Part shown: positions 1 through 13,760 of the stretch, in pieces | Numbering within the stretch: position 1 is the stretch's first letter | Layout: each line of letters begins with the position of its first letter | Origin: Lytechinus pictus | Lineage: Eukaryota | Assembly: GCF_037042905.1 (NCBI RefSeq) | Contig: NC_087245.1 | Location: 31,250,001 to 31,314,000 of the forward strand | Length of the DNA stretch: 64,000 bases | Reading direction: 5' to 3' | Notes under the pieces: model-generated | The model's input: the letters and a program-made list of their open reading frames with translations, nothing else | What the model was told of the DNA's origin: nothing | Database searches by the model: none | Made by a program: the position numbers and the translations under genes

Positions 1-725
1 ATTTTGGCTTTTTGAAGACCAATTTACTATTTTGGCAGTTACAGAGAACCTTCCCTGGCGAATTATTGGTGGTTTTGGGGTGGCTGTTCACAAATGTGCT
101 TGAACAGGATATGAATAAGGTTAGGATCAAAAGTTGGTTTACAACTTATTTGTGGTTGATTTGGGTAAACTTATGTCACAGGAGACACACCAACACATAT
201 TTGTATTAGATCAATAAACAATTTAATATAATATAAACAAGCAAATGCTCCTGTGCAACACAAGTCAACCAAAAAGTCAGTAAAATGCATGATAAAACAC
301 AGAAAAAATATACAAATCTACCATGACGTACAAGGATTTGACTAACGTACTCACATCAAAGGAACATCAAAGAGAGGGAGAACGGTACCACTGATGTTCT
401 TAAGTGTGAATAGTTCTAGCTTGTTCCGAAAATGAGTCATTGTAAATTTGTTTTATATCCATCTGCATCATTCCTCATAACATCACATAAAGAAATAATA
501 AAGAAAGAGAAAATTACAGCTTCAATTATTTTTATCGTATTTTTTGGGAGCACCAGTTAAGTGCAGGATGTACATAGTGGTTCAAGCTGCCAGGTGCAGT
601 TCACATCCAATGACAATGCCTTTTTTAAATTGGACTCAACAGGGCTTATATCTTGAATAAAAAGCCATGAAAAATTACTCCTTACTTGAATTTATATAAG
701 AGTAAATATCAAAAATAATTTTTAC

Positions 726-3700
726 CTGTTTTTGAAGGTCAGAGACATGATCAACAAGCAGCATCTTATCCCGCCTGAGCTGAGCGTTCTCCTGTTCTAC
801 CCCGCCCTGTCTGCCTTCAAGCTCGGCAAGTCGACTCTTAGTTGTGTTATGGGTCAGGATGTTGTGGGTTTGTCTCTCGTCCTGCTTCGACAGCTGATTG
901 GAAAAATGTCAAAATGAATGATTTCACATGATTCAACTTCGGCTGCCCTTTTTATTTCAAGCAAATATACATTACTGAGTCAATGTCAGCATGTTTACAA
1001 TGATTTAACCTAGGATAACTTCTGCATGAAATAAATCATAAGAAATACTGTGATAAGTTAAGTTGGGTTAAATACAAGCTTTGACAAGCATTTTAATTTC
1101 ATACTTTCAAAGACTGTAGATTTCACCTTCCTGAATTGATAGATACAGGATATTGACCCTCTTCTGTTTTCTGAATCTGTAATATGTATAGGATATTTTA
1201 CTATCCCCTCCCTTGCCTGCTGCCACCTATCACACCCATAGATATGTTTTGTTTCATTCTTGTTTTGCCTTATACCCCCCCCCCCCATTGTTTACATTTT
1301 ATTTTACCAATTTTTTTGTTACTACTTCATATCATAAGTTTTTCATGGGGTAATTAGAGGGACAGACCTCGATAGGTCAATGGCCTCCTGCCTGCCCCCT
1401 CACATCCGCCTCATAACAGTTTTGCCTTGCTTTGTTGTTCAGGGTTCCTACAGAAATTTGAAAATTGCTAAATTGCTGCTTTTGTTATGTAGAAATTGGG
1501 ATGTCACAAAACTGGGAAAAATGGAAATAATGAACACCAATTATAATAGCAGAGTATGAGAGTTGTGAGACACGACAAACTGGAAAGCTCCCATAGCCAA
1601 GAGGTAAAAAATTCCATGACTTTTCACAAATTTTCCAAATTCCCTTACTTTTCCCTGACCAAAAATTTTTCCAGGATTTTCCATGACTGGGAGAACACTG
1701 ATTGTTTTTGCTTGTTCTCTGCATATCCTCTTGTATATAAGTTATAATATTTCGATATGTTGTTTGTAATTTTTAAGAGATGTGAAATAAATTGAATTGA
1801 ATTGATATTTATGACCGAGAAAATGCACAAGATAATTTACTATCATTCTGTCGTACTGATGATATCATCTCTATTTTGAATATTACAATATCAATCAAAT
1901 TTTATATTGCAATTAAGCCCTTCTTTACCAGGCAAATGACTCTGCATCGGGCAAAAAAGTCTGGAACAATGTGATAAAAATTCAAGCTTGTAAGATCAAT
2001 CATTGACATAGCTCCTACCTGCCCTTATATGCTAGAGCTCCTGTGAGTTCTGAGCTGACCGGGCTTGCCCCTTAAATTGTCGGTGAACGGAGCAGCAGGT
2101 AGGAGGGCACCAGCCCCCACCAGGATCTAGCTAGGAATTCCAGTGGGTGATACAAAAGTGTTCTCTTTGAAATTATGTACTCGGTTGTATTTGTTAAGAC
2201 CTCTTTTTTATTTGTTCATATTTGCTGTTGTTTGTATATCCAAAGGAACTGTTGCTGGGCTAGCGCCATGAGTGTCTCTGGATGGTGAGTGCGCTCAACA
2301 AGATATCACAATTATTATTATTACCTGCTTCATAAGGTGTGCTACTCTTTCTCTCTCCTGCTTGAGGGATTCTCTGGCCTGGTCAAGATCAAACTTGAGC
2401 TGTTTCTCTTTATCCTTGACGGTGACAAGCTCGGTGATGTGCGTGGAGTGACGCGTGTCGCGAGACTCTCTCAGCATCTTTTCCTGTATACGGTAATGAC
2501 AGCTGGATTTGATACAGTGCTTTTTTGCCAGAAGATACAAAGCGCAGCTGTTACTACCCAGCCTTTAGCCTGAGCTACCACTTTATCAGCAGTGCTCAGT
2601 GTATTTAACAAATTAATTCTCCAAGTTTACAGCAGAGTGACCAAAAATGAATACCATATGAACATGAAATCATTGCTATCATTATAATTGTTGTTCATCA
2701 TCATCATTATTATAAGATTATCATCATCATCGTCATTGTCATTATTTATCTTTTTTTTTTTTACAAAATACACTATATGTTGTTAATGATAACAAGAATA
2801 TACTCACCCTGTCCAGTTGTTTTTGTAGTTCTAATACCTGAGCTCCCATCATAGCATTCTCTTTTACTAGATTATTTACATCCTCAGACATCTAACAATA
2901 ACAGTGAAAAGAGAAGGTGGAAAATTATAACGGTATCATTTGTTTCCCATGTCATAAGTTTTATTTAATTGCAGTCTCCATTATCCTACATGTTTATGTT
3001 ACTAGTACCCCCCCCCCTTAGTATTGTGACGGGATAGTGAAGAGGAAATTTATTAAATTCAACATTTTGAATATTGTCAACAAAGATAATGAAAAAAAAT
3101 ACACAAGATATAACTGAATCATCTCTCGAAAATCTATATACAACAATGAGATATGCATAAAGCCACATAAATAAAAACAAATTAATAAGTGTTTGGTACC
3201 GCAAAGTCATAAAATAGCCTTAAAATGAACATACTGAAGCTTTACGACATGCACTCGTCGGAGTAAAATCGCATGAATGACCAGACCACTAGAGCGTAAC
3301 AATATATAATAGAACTAAAATAGACAATGAACGCTAAACGACGAGCTGTGATTGGCTGTCAAATTATTTGAATTACAAAACTGCAACAGACACTGGTGTT
3401 GCCATATGTAGCTGTTGATTGTAATTCCACTGTATTTCACACAAAGTGAGAGGTGTTGTGATTTGCTTGCAATAACAAAAAGAAATGACTCATAAAAGAA
3501 AAGAGCAATGACTTACTTTGCTTTTTAGAAATCGATCTTGCTCTGCTTTCATCTCAGTCTCTTTCAGTTTCCGCTGCAATTGTCTGATCTCCTCCTGTAA
3601 GGAAATAACACAATGAAAAGATATTGGTCATATTTAGGGTCGCATGCGTTAAAGTCATGCATAACTTACAAATAGCTTTATGAAATGATAAATGACAAAA

Positions 3701-6700
3701 ATTTGTCAAATTTGAGAATATATTTAAAATCACCACGCATTTTTACCCTGAATTCATTGACGGCTTGATCTTGTATGGATGCTGTGCTGGAGTAATATTT
3801 GTCCTCCATTTCCTGTAGTTGGGTTTGGGTTTTCAGCAGATCAGTCCTCTTTTCTTCCAATGCAAGCTGGGTTGCTCTCAAAGTATCAGCCTTCTGTTGC
3901 ACCTGAAAATAAAAAATACCCTTGCATAAATTAGACAATGATTTCCATTCACCAAAGGAGAGAATGAGAAGATATCTCTGTAAAGGTAATGACTTGAATT
4001 TTTCAAATTTGTATTGATTTTCTGATTGTTCACATACACTTGTCAGCACTTGACTGAGGGGTATGTTTTTAATGAACACAGTGTCAGCTTTCTTTTTTTT
4101 TGCATCATCAACCCTAATTAATTCATTCTTTTCACATCTCTGTATATAACAACCCAAGAACAACACAATTTCACTTAAAAACCAAACAAAAAGTAATAAA
4201 ATAATTATTGTAAATTGTTCATGTCTGCCATATGTGACAGTCAGAGGTTAGGGGGCACTTAAAAAGAGTTTTGACTTTAATACAAGTAGTAATTTAATTC
4301 TAGTTTTATATGAAATTAAACAAAGGTAAAACATGCTATTTGAACCAATGAGATTGCAAATCAAATTTTGAATGCTCATTAGGAACTCAAGCATGACTTT
4401 CGGCCAAACCAAACGCTCTGTACATTACTATTTTCATCCAACTCCAGTTCCCTAGTTATTCCCAAATCTACGGAGGCATGGGGGGTACAGGCTTTTGCAC
4501 ACACTGGCTCATTTCTCTAGAGTGATCTCCCTCTGGTTATCTGAAAATGAATTTCTGTTGACCTTATAAACATTACCTGAAGACACATCTAATCATTGCT
4601 TCTTATTCTTAATTGTCATAACTCCTTCTTTAATTATTATTGCATATAGTATATTTTTTCTCACTCTTTCTTTTATTGTGGATTGGGCACTGCACAGAGC
4701 GGATTCGGTGCATCATAACTATTATTATCAATATGACTTCATTATTCCTCTGCAAAGCTGCCAAGTTGTATTTTGCATTTTCAGTATTCTTATCCCCCAA
4801 AATCAGTATTTTGACAAAAAAATCATTATTTTTACCTTGTGAGATAAATATTTTGTTCTTTTCCCCAAAAAAGTGTATTTCATAATAAAATGCTTGGCGC
4901 ACTCGCCCATCACGGCGCTCAAGCTGCATGCAAGCTAAAATGTGCACTGCTCTTGCAGATGAAAAAAAAACAACATTGAAACTTGTGTATATCTCACCCT
5001 GGTTTTTACAAAATGATTGAAAAAAAAACAAGTTACCTGAAATTACATTGATCTAATAACCATATTTGTGTACGTTTTATGAAATAGAGACATATAGAGA
5101 TGATTTTTCTCAATAAATTTCGATTTTTTTTTTTTTTAATACAAAAAACGTATTTTTTAAAGAAAAAACGTACTGCCATATTTTGGTTGCAAAAACGTAC
5201 TAAATACGGAAAAATCGTACTACTTGGCAGCTCTGCCTCTAGTTTAACCACAGTTATCAGTACTGCCTTAATATACCTTCCAATTATATCATACACTCTT
5301 TTTTATTCAAGAAATTAATCATAATTCATTTATTCCTCACCTCTGACTCAAGCATCTGAATACGATGTTCTGCGGTAGACAGCGATGAGGAACCCTTCTC
5401 TAGCTCTCCCCTTGCCATGGATATCTGCTGTTCTCTATCGTGTATCTCTCGTTGTATCATCTCGTTCTGTTTCTTCAGCTGTACAACCTCCTCCACCAGG
5501 AGTTTCTTTTCACGATGGTGACTGTCTGTAAAAGTGAAATTTCAAGAAGAAAAAAAACTGCTAAAAATCTCAATGTTAAACTCTCCCAAAAATATATCCA
5601 TATGAAATCTATTGATACAATTCATGTATGACATCATGGCAAATCTATACATATACAATCTATCTATATGCGGGACCTTCTTGAAATAATTTGTCTCTGA
5701 TTCGTGCATCATACGATAAGGTTTGTTCTTCTGCTCTAATTAAAACAAACTTATCGTCAGGGTGAACTTCCCCATTAAAGATGGAGTGAACTACCCAACA
5801 CCGTGTGGTCTCTCAATAAATGTGTGTTATAAATAGATAGTCTCAAAATTTATCATTTGAGAAAACTATATGTAATACAGATAATAAAGTAGCCTATACT
5901 TTCTCTATGTTAGGATATTAATATGATTTTCAAAGGAAAAATACATGTGTTGTTACTTGGTAACATAATGTTTGTGCTAGGAATGTATCGACTAGTGAAG
6001 TTGTGTGTTATCATTCAACTGGTCATATATAACAAGACAACACTGCTCAGAATATTGCATTATGGGTAATAATCCTGGTCAGATATGAGCAGTTAAAAGG
6101 ACAAGTCCACCCCAACACAATGTTGATTCAAATAAAAAAATAAAAATCCAACAAGCATAACACTGAAAATTTCATCCAAGTCGGATGTAAAATAAGAAAG
6201 TTACAGCATTTGAAGTTTCGCTTAATTTTACAAAATAGTTATATGCACATCCGGTTGGTATGCAAATGAGGGAACTGATGACATCACTCACTCACTATTT
6301 CTTTTGTATTTCATTATATGAAATATTATAATTTTCTCATCATTGTCCAGAAAAAAAGTTTTATTTCTCCCGGAACATGTGGCATTACCATTGTTAAACA
6401 AGTTATGGTTCAGTCAAGTTGGTCCTTATTGTCAAATCTGTAAAAATTGAAATATTGTATAATTCAAACAATAAAAAACAAAAGAAATAATGAGTGAGGG
6501 ACATCATCGATTCTCTCATTTGCATGTGGCTAAATTGTGCCTATAACTATTTTGTGAAAAATAAGCGAAACTTTAAAATGTCATGACTTTCTTATTTCAC
6601 ATCCGATTTTGATGAAATTTTCAGCATTATGCTTGTCTGATTTTTCTCTATTGATTCAAATCAAAAATTTTCTGAGGTGGACTTGACCTTTAAAGACTTG

Positions 6701-9700
6701 AGGTGGGGCCATGAAGGCCGCCGGTTTGTAGGCCTTTCCCGACTAATGGGACCATGTGTTGCTATTTACCTGATAACATCCTGACCTTGCCATCCAGTCT
6801 CTCTTTCTCCGTACTGACCATGTCCAAGTTTGATTCTTTCCTTCTCACTTCAAGGTGTAGACTGTCAACATCGGACTGAAGATCCTGACAATTAAAGCAG
6901 TCACAAAATAATCACAAATTTGAAGCATTATGACAATTAAATACAACTGTTTCTCATACATAATGCTAACTTGAGTGAAATGTTAAACTACAACCCTTCT
7001 TATTAATTGGGTAAACCACAGTCCTCATCCATTTTTTTTTCTTATCAATTTTTAAATATTTGTGTGTGTGTGTGTGTTCTCACTTGATCTAGAACTCTAT
7101 TGAGAACTGCAGATTCATGTGAATTCCAGAGAAGTACTTAATTAGCTTAAGTAGCTTTACTACATTAGACACCCCCTAAACTGGGGGCAGATCCAGGATT
7201 TTCCAAAAGGGGGGCACATTCATTTTCCAAAAAAAAAGTCCTCACTTATAAATGATCGACATATTATTGTTTAAAATATTTGCTGTCAATCTCAAAAGGG
7301 GGGGAGGAACACTTGTGTACATGGGCGGAAATCCCAGGGGGGACAGGGGGGACGTGTCCCCCCTACTCAAAATAATAGGGGGGACACAATATCAAATGTC
7401 CCCCCTACTATTTTTGGTCTTTTATGATGTTAAGAAATACATTATTCTAAATCGAAATAAAACATGTATTTTGGGAAGAGATGACCTTACTTTGGCGATG
7501 ATAACATTTTTTTTGCTTGTCAAATTTTCCCGCCCCTTGTCCCCATAGGCGGATCCAGGGGGCCGAGGGGCCCGCCCCCCCCCCCCTCTTGGCGGAGCAA
7601 AAAAAGAAAAAAGGGAAAGAAAGAAGGGAAAAAGGAGGGAAAAGAGAGGAGGAAAAGAAAAGAAGGACGACGAGTGCATAAAATAAGATGAGGGGAAGAC
7701 TTGGAAAATAAAAAGAATCTTTCGTGCCACTATATAAAATTTTCGCTCACTCTTCGCACTCGCATTGCCTGTTAGGTGAATTACATATCTTGTTCAATAT
7801 GGAGTTCGAATATCAAGTTTGAAGTCAATATACAAAACATATTTCACCTCGGACATCGAACTTTCATTAATTTGTGTAATTTACAAATTGGTTTTTAAAA
7901 AGTGCTCTGTAAAAATGTCAGTTTTATGGTCTGAATGTTAACATTTGCTGCTTGCGCTGCGCGCTCGCAAATTTTGATTTATCAGGTACCTATTATTTTC
8001 GTGTATTCCATAAAGTTTTCAAAATATTCCTTTTCAGGTCTGATTGTCAAGACGTATCAGCTAGCGCGCTGTACGCTCGCATTTTGATTGGCGAGTTATA
8101 TGAATGTTTCAATATTGATTATACAACAAACTACTTAAAATCCCCTTTTCATGACAGTTTATCAAAAATTTTAGCTCGCGATTTGCGCTCGCATTAATGG
8201 TTAAAAATATATTAAATGATGCATCCTATTCATAATAAAAAAAGTGAAATGTCCAGTTTTTAAGCCATGATATCATCAGATTTCGCACCTTCATTAGGCA
8301 TTAATAAATATGATATTGATTTAATAATTAAATTTTCCCTTTTGTTTCATCTCGCGCTTAGCAAGAGGAATAGGAAGATAGTCATCATTTACATATGTTG
8401 TCATGTCGTAAGGATGTCCCGGTCCTATGTCAAAACTCAAAGTAATAATAATATCAGCTCTTTTTTAAGTGCGATCTATATCTACCTTACAATTTTTCTA
8501 CAAAGTGCTTCAAATATAAAGCTGAAATTGACTTTTTTTTCAGATCGGAATATCAAAGTTTCATGATTTTCATGATTAAAGTTGTATTTAGAATGCCTAG
8601 ATTATAGGTCTAAATATGAAACACGCTCGCGCATATTTATTCAGATACTCAACTTGTTTACTTATATACCTATTCTGCTTGAGTTACAAAAAGTGCTTAG
8701 AATTTCCAATCTTTAGGTGAAAATGTCAAAAAAAAATCAGCTTGCGCTTCGCGCTCGCATTATTTGATTGTCAAATGCTACTTTAACAGGTATCTTTTCC
8801 ATCAGTTCATTTCTGCTCGCGCGTTGCGTTCGTATCTTTTTCAGGATAACAAACATTGCCCCTTCAAAGAAACAAACAAAAATCAACTTCGTGCTGCCGA
8901 TCGGGGAAAATATGGCTGAAACAAATTTCCGCCCCCCCCCCCCCTATTGGCGAAGGCTGGATCCACCCCTATGTCCCCCCTACCTTTTGGGAGAGATTTC
9001 CGCCCCTGCTTGTGTAAGAATAGAGTATCAAGGTGTGATGTCATCAATTTTCCAATTTTGCATTTCAGCATTTTTGATACCATTTTTGGGTAAAGTCAAT
9101 ATATCATCGGCCTGGTTTCTAACTTTTAGAACCAGGCCAATAATACAGTGTACATTGACTTCAATGGGACTAATTATGTATTAATGAGGTCATATCTCAG
9201 GCCCCCATGGACTGGTTCCCACCAAATTTTTAAGGTGGAGGTATTTCATCATGCTCTAACAAAATATGGTATCAAATATGCGGAAATGCAAAAAAAAAAT
9301 TTGTGACGTCATCACTTCGGAACTCTATGGCATATCTATATTGAAAATATTGACTGACTCTCAATGACTCTCTTAAGGGGGGCACGTCCCCTAGATTTGA
9401 CACTGCCCTTAATAAACACTGGTTGTAATAAGAGACAGATTCACTTTGACCATTTATTAAGCCAAGGCCAGGGTTTATACATGGACAAGAAAATAAAGCT
9501 TTCATCATGAATAAATTGCAAAAACAAACCTTGATAAAGCACTTTCCCGCAATGTACATTATACTAATCATGGCAAGTTAAGGATCATGCCACAGCATAT
9601 CAAAAGCAAAGAAATATACATCATTGACATACGTTTCAAGGAACTAAATCCCAACTTTTAGGATTAGAACATTATTGCAGATATGTAATGCTGGATGTTT

Positions 9701-11712
9701 TTCGTGGGCTGGAAATAGTCCAGAGCGTACAAAATCTGCACAATCTCAGACATTTATAAAAGGGTCTTCCTTTGGACAGGTTCTTCATTCACCTCAGGAA
9801 GCCAGAGGACAACAGGCAAAAAAAATCACATTAATGAGTTGTTAGTTCCAGTATTCATTTATTACAAGTTTTTAAACTGAATGACATACCTTGAGTCTAT
9901 GCAGCATCTTGCTAGCTTCTTCAGTCATCCTTGGTTGAAGTTCAGTTGCTTTCTTGGCTTGGTCTCGAGTACAGAATAGTCAAGGTCAAAGAACATAGTG
10001 TTAACATTTCTTTTCAAATTTCCTCACTGATATAACATATGACCTTATGTCTTACTTATGACACAAAAAGCTCCATATAATATTTTGTGTTGAAGTATGG
10101 CATGGGAACCAAACTCAATTGATGAATGTCCATTCACATCTAAATAATGTTTCCAATAATAGCCTATACAGTGCGTCCCACAAAAAACGAAACCAAGATT
10201 AATCGATGATTTATCATAACTTACTCACAAATAAAATAGACAAACGACCTACCATTGTAAAGCTTAGAATCTCCCGTTTCATCTGAAATTATTAAGATTA
10301 TTTCTCATTCACGCATGAGTGAGCAAAAACAATTTGAAGAGGGGATACCAAAAAGTCACTTGGCGGGCTGTATCTGGGTTTCAAAAAGAAAACCACATTT
10401 AAAAAAGTTCAATATCTGCTCTTTAATATGATACCTCAATTACAGAAAATGGTAAAAAAATAACAAAGTTCTGGTTATTTGAAATACGGCTTGAATTTCA
10501 ATAATTTCATAAAATTTAGGGGTTTTACAGGCTAGCTTTCAGACTTGCTTGACACTCCGTTTTGTTGACGATCAGCCATGCATTAAGTCTGTTGTTAAAA
10601 ATGCGATGGCTTATGTGGGAAACGGGCGAAAATGCGTTTATTTATTGAAATTATGGAAATACAAGCATTGATTCGAGGGTACAGAACTTTTTTACTTCTT
10701 GACCATTTTGTGATTAAGGTATCAAATAAAAGAGCAGATATTGAACTTTTTAGGCATGTGGTTTTCTTTTTGAAATTCAGATACCCCCAGCCAAATGAGT
10801 TTTTGGTATCCTTTCTTCAAATTGTTTTTGCTCACTCATGCGTGAATGAGGAATAATCTAAGTAATTTCAGATGAAAGAGGAGATGCTAAGCTTTACATT
10901 GGTAGGTCATTTGTCTATTGTATTCATGATTAAGTTACGATAAATCATCGCTTAATCTCGGTTTCGTTTTTCGTGGGACGCACTGTATATATTTTTGCAA
11001 AGTGGTGTGAAAAACTTATATTTTTTTACATTTACATAATTTATCTTTTTTTTCACAAAGGATATAGAAAATTGGCTTCCAGCTCCAGGAAGTAGATCTG
11101 CTGTTGTAGATTTTTGATGTATTCTGCTTCCAGGTTGTCATAGTCCGATCCTTTGGTAGATTTCCTGAGAATGTAGAAATAGATCATTTTAATGATGTTC
11201 TCACAAATACTTCTTTTAACCCCTCAAGATGTGCTTTATGGAGGCTGCTTTGAAATGAAAGGTCTAATCGACATATATTTTGACCATACTTCAAAACAAC
11301 TTGCATAACAGAGCCTTGGAAAAACGCTTTAGCCGTATTTCATTAAACATAGAAAACATCATTACAACATGTACTATCAAGAAAAGAAAAATCCTTGTTG
11401 AAGTAATGATCTTTCATACATAGATAACTTGAAATTCTTCTCTTAGTCTTTAAAAATTTGAAATATTATCAACTTAAAAGTAATATGGATTTAAATTCAT
11501 TTGAACACAGAAAAGAACAGAATTTGAATGATAGAGAAAAACCACACACTAATTCAAGAAAGAGAACTTGAGGACGTACATCGTTCCGGAACCAGTTCCA
11601 AAATTGGCTGCAATATTGGCCGAGGATCGCTTTGTCAGACTTCCCATGCTTCCACTGCGTCGAAGTGAAGATCGTCCCGTTCCTATGGTTCCTGTACCGG
11701 AAAAACTGGGTC
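726..11712 (-). CDS. Uncharacterised coiled-coil protein gene, partial (3' end runs off the left edge; start codon unresolved)
   Basis: Ten exons join in one open frame with consistent phases, in transcript order: 11712-11580, 11164-11066, 9968-9890, 6884-6770, 5525-5341, 3902-3747, 3594-3517, 2891-2808, 2483-2325, 893-726. All introns are GT-AG except the AT-AC intron at 11065-9969. The translation is E/K/Q/L-rich and heptad-like: ...GSMGSLTKRSSANIAANFGTGSGTMKSTKGSDYDNLEAEYIKNLQQQIYFLELEANFLRDQAKKATELQPRMTEEASKMLHRLKDLQSDVDSLHLEVRRKESNLDMV...ENAQLRRDKMLLVDHVSDLQKQ. Family not recognised. Confidence 0.85.
6093..6693. mobile_element. Non-autonomous DNA transposon (MITE) with TTAA ends and long imperfect TIRs (Kolobok/piggyBac-like)
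   Basis: Ends read TTAAAAGGACAAGTCCACC ... GGTGGACTTGACCTTTAA, and the inner arms are inverted copies (GCATAACACTGAAAATTTCATC / GATGAAATTTTCAGCATTATGC). Confidence 0.7.
7320..9008. mobile_element. Non-autonomous hAT-like element with 8-bp TSD, containing a second element (~7544-8971)
   Basis: TIRs CATGGGCGGAAATC / GATTTCCGCCCCTG, with an exact 8-bp direct repeat CTTGTGTA at 7312-7319 and 9009-9016. The inner element is bounded by CATAGGCGGATCCAG / CTGGATCCACCCCTA and carries dispersed GCGCTCGC-type motifs. Confidence 0.8.
9969..11065 (-). other. U12-type (minor spliceosome) AT-AC intron
   Basis: On the minus strand the 5' end reads ATATCCTTT (11065-11057), the branch site CCTTGAC is at 9985-9979 with the branch A 12 nt from the junction, and the intron ends in TAC. 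Splicing here keeps the frame (...EANFL|RDQAKK...). Confidence 0.9.
10169..10985. mobile_element. Tc1/mariner-type MITE with long TIRs and TA flanks, inside the U12 intron
   Basis: Ends read TA|CAGTGCGTCCCACAAAAAACGAAACC ... GGTTTCGTTTTTCGTGGGACGCACTG|TA. The imperfect inverted arms extend roughly 300 bp. Confidence 0.8.
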
Positions 11713-12636
11713 CTGTATTTTGAAGAAAAAAAAACCAGATACATTGTGAAAGTGCTTTGTTGATGAAACATGGAGTAACCGGTAGTGCTTTAGATATGTC
11801 AGAGCTAATTCAACATTGGCCTTGTCAATGTCAATGACAATAATGAGACGATGATCAAAACATGCACAGTTCTAGAATTCTAACTGAAAATAATCTCATG
11901 CTTTCCTCATCTTTTATTGATCAATTCCCTATACCAACCTTGGTTTAAGCACTGAAATCCCCCCCCCAAAAAAAAAAACATTTACGAGAATGTTGTTTAT
12001 AAAATCTTATATGAAATTAGTGTCTTGTTGTGGTGATGTGCTGGCATACGAGAATAAAATTGACTTTCACTGTGTCACTGTCAGTGTTGTAAATCGTAAA
12101 TTGTGCTCTGCCATCTTAGCTGTCTTCCAGCTCAAAATCTACTGAAATTAATGTTGGTATTTTTCAACAGGTCAGCGTGTACATCTTGGACTTTTCCTAG
12201 CTTGTTACCGACTACGCACACGTCCACACAACTGACTAGACATCTAAGTATGATAACGTGCCCCAAGTCTATGCAGTGCCCCTTCTCTGTGCATATGCTA
12301 ATCACAATTTCTGCGTGATTCTTATAAAGAAGATAAAGAACTATTATAAACTTTACACCAAGTCACCAGCAATATATTTGACAGATATTCATTAAGAAAA
12401 ACTCAAAACAAAATGGTGGAAATTTTTTTTTTCAGGCATTTCATGGGACGGCCTCAAAATGCACCCTGCCCTTTCTCATCAAAATCCCCAAATCGTGTGT
12501 GAAGTGAATGTGTGCACAGACATGCCACACCAAAACAATTTTTTGTCCAATCTGAAAATGACTGGCCGATGTTGTTTTTCCAATATTTCTCTCAAATTTT
12601 CATGATAATTTTAGCACACTTTTCACTTATTCATAG

Positions 12637-13319
12637 TAGGGTGTCTGAAGCCACACTGAAAAGTGTCAGCATAAAACAGGCTAATTTAGGGGAAGATATG
12701 GCACATTTTTTCAGGGCAGTTCAGGCTACTAGAAAAATGTGATCTGAATTGATTATTAACTTGTGTTTGGCATGTATGGAAAGAGAAAATTCAGGGGCTT
12801 CTTTTGACAGTAAGGACAAGTTTATATGATCATTTTAAATAAGGATTTAGAGATAAATTGCAAACCCTTATTTTTGTGTGTGTTGAGATTGCCATTTCTC
12901 CATGCGTTTTCTATGGGAAAATGAAATTTCTGTTTTGCACATATTTTTTCACTTTGTCGCAATTTTTCATTGTGATCTGGTTTCCAAATCTTTATAAAAA
13001 TCATACCATCAGATAGAGCATAAAAAATCCTATTGGACTCTTTATGGACAAGTTTTTGGCATTAATAATAAATTCATAACAGCTCTCGGAAGCTAAAAAT
13101 TTGGATTTGTGTGTGTCCATTTCTTAACTACACAGTCTATGGCAGAGAAATGCTGAAAATTTACCTAATTTCATTCTTCTTTTTTGCAGCCAATAATTGG
13201 ATTTTTTTCAAAAATGTTACATTTTTGTCAGTCTGAAGGTCATTTCTCTTCAAATTCACCAAAAAAATGTGATATTTTCTTGAAATAAGAAAAATATTTT
13301 TTTTTCTCCAGACACCCTA
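12637..13319. mobile_element. Non-autonomous TIR element
   Basis: TIR TAGGGTGTCTG / CAGACACCCTA, flanked by the direct repeat TTCATAG (12630-12636 and 13320-13326). Confidence 0.65.
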
Positions 13320-13333
13320 TTCATAGACGTTAA

Positions 13334-13760
13334 GGCCACCGCACACCTTACGACCCGACCAGTCGCCGACTGGCTTGCGACTGGGTGAGGGGAGATGTGA
13401 CGTCACAGCTCTTGTCAGCTTCGAGTCGCAGACCGGTCAAAGACAAGTCGCAAGGAAAATCGGAAGGATTTGACATGTCGAATCCTTATGACTCGATCGC
13501 AAGCTCAATCCAACTTCCAACCAATCAGACAGCAAGTTGCACGACGCGTATATGATAAACAACGCGCATACGCAGTAGTAAGCGCACTTTCTCAGTTGCT
13601 ATGCCAAAAAGCAAAAAGCAAAAAGCGCATGCGTGAGTCGCAGATCGGATCGCAAGGTGTGCGGTGTCAAGGCTTATGACTGCCTTGCGACTCATCTCCC
13701 CTCACCCAGTCGCAAGCCAGTCGGCGACTGGTCGGGTCGTAAGGTGTGCGGTACGTGGCC
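13334..13760. mobile_element. PIF/Harbinger-like MITE
   Basis: About 60-bp near-perfect TIRs (GGCCACCGCACACCTTACGACCCGACCAGTCGCCGACTGGCTTGCGACTGGGTGAGGGG and its reverse complement at ~13690-13760), with TAA/TTA-type flanks. Confidence 0.75.

Noticed and set aside
12060..12142. AAGATGGCAGAG on the minus strand as the start codon of the coiled-coil gene
   Set aside because: The frame stops after 15 codons and I found no phase-1 donor to join exon 11712. The start is left unresolved.
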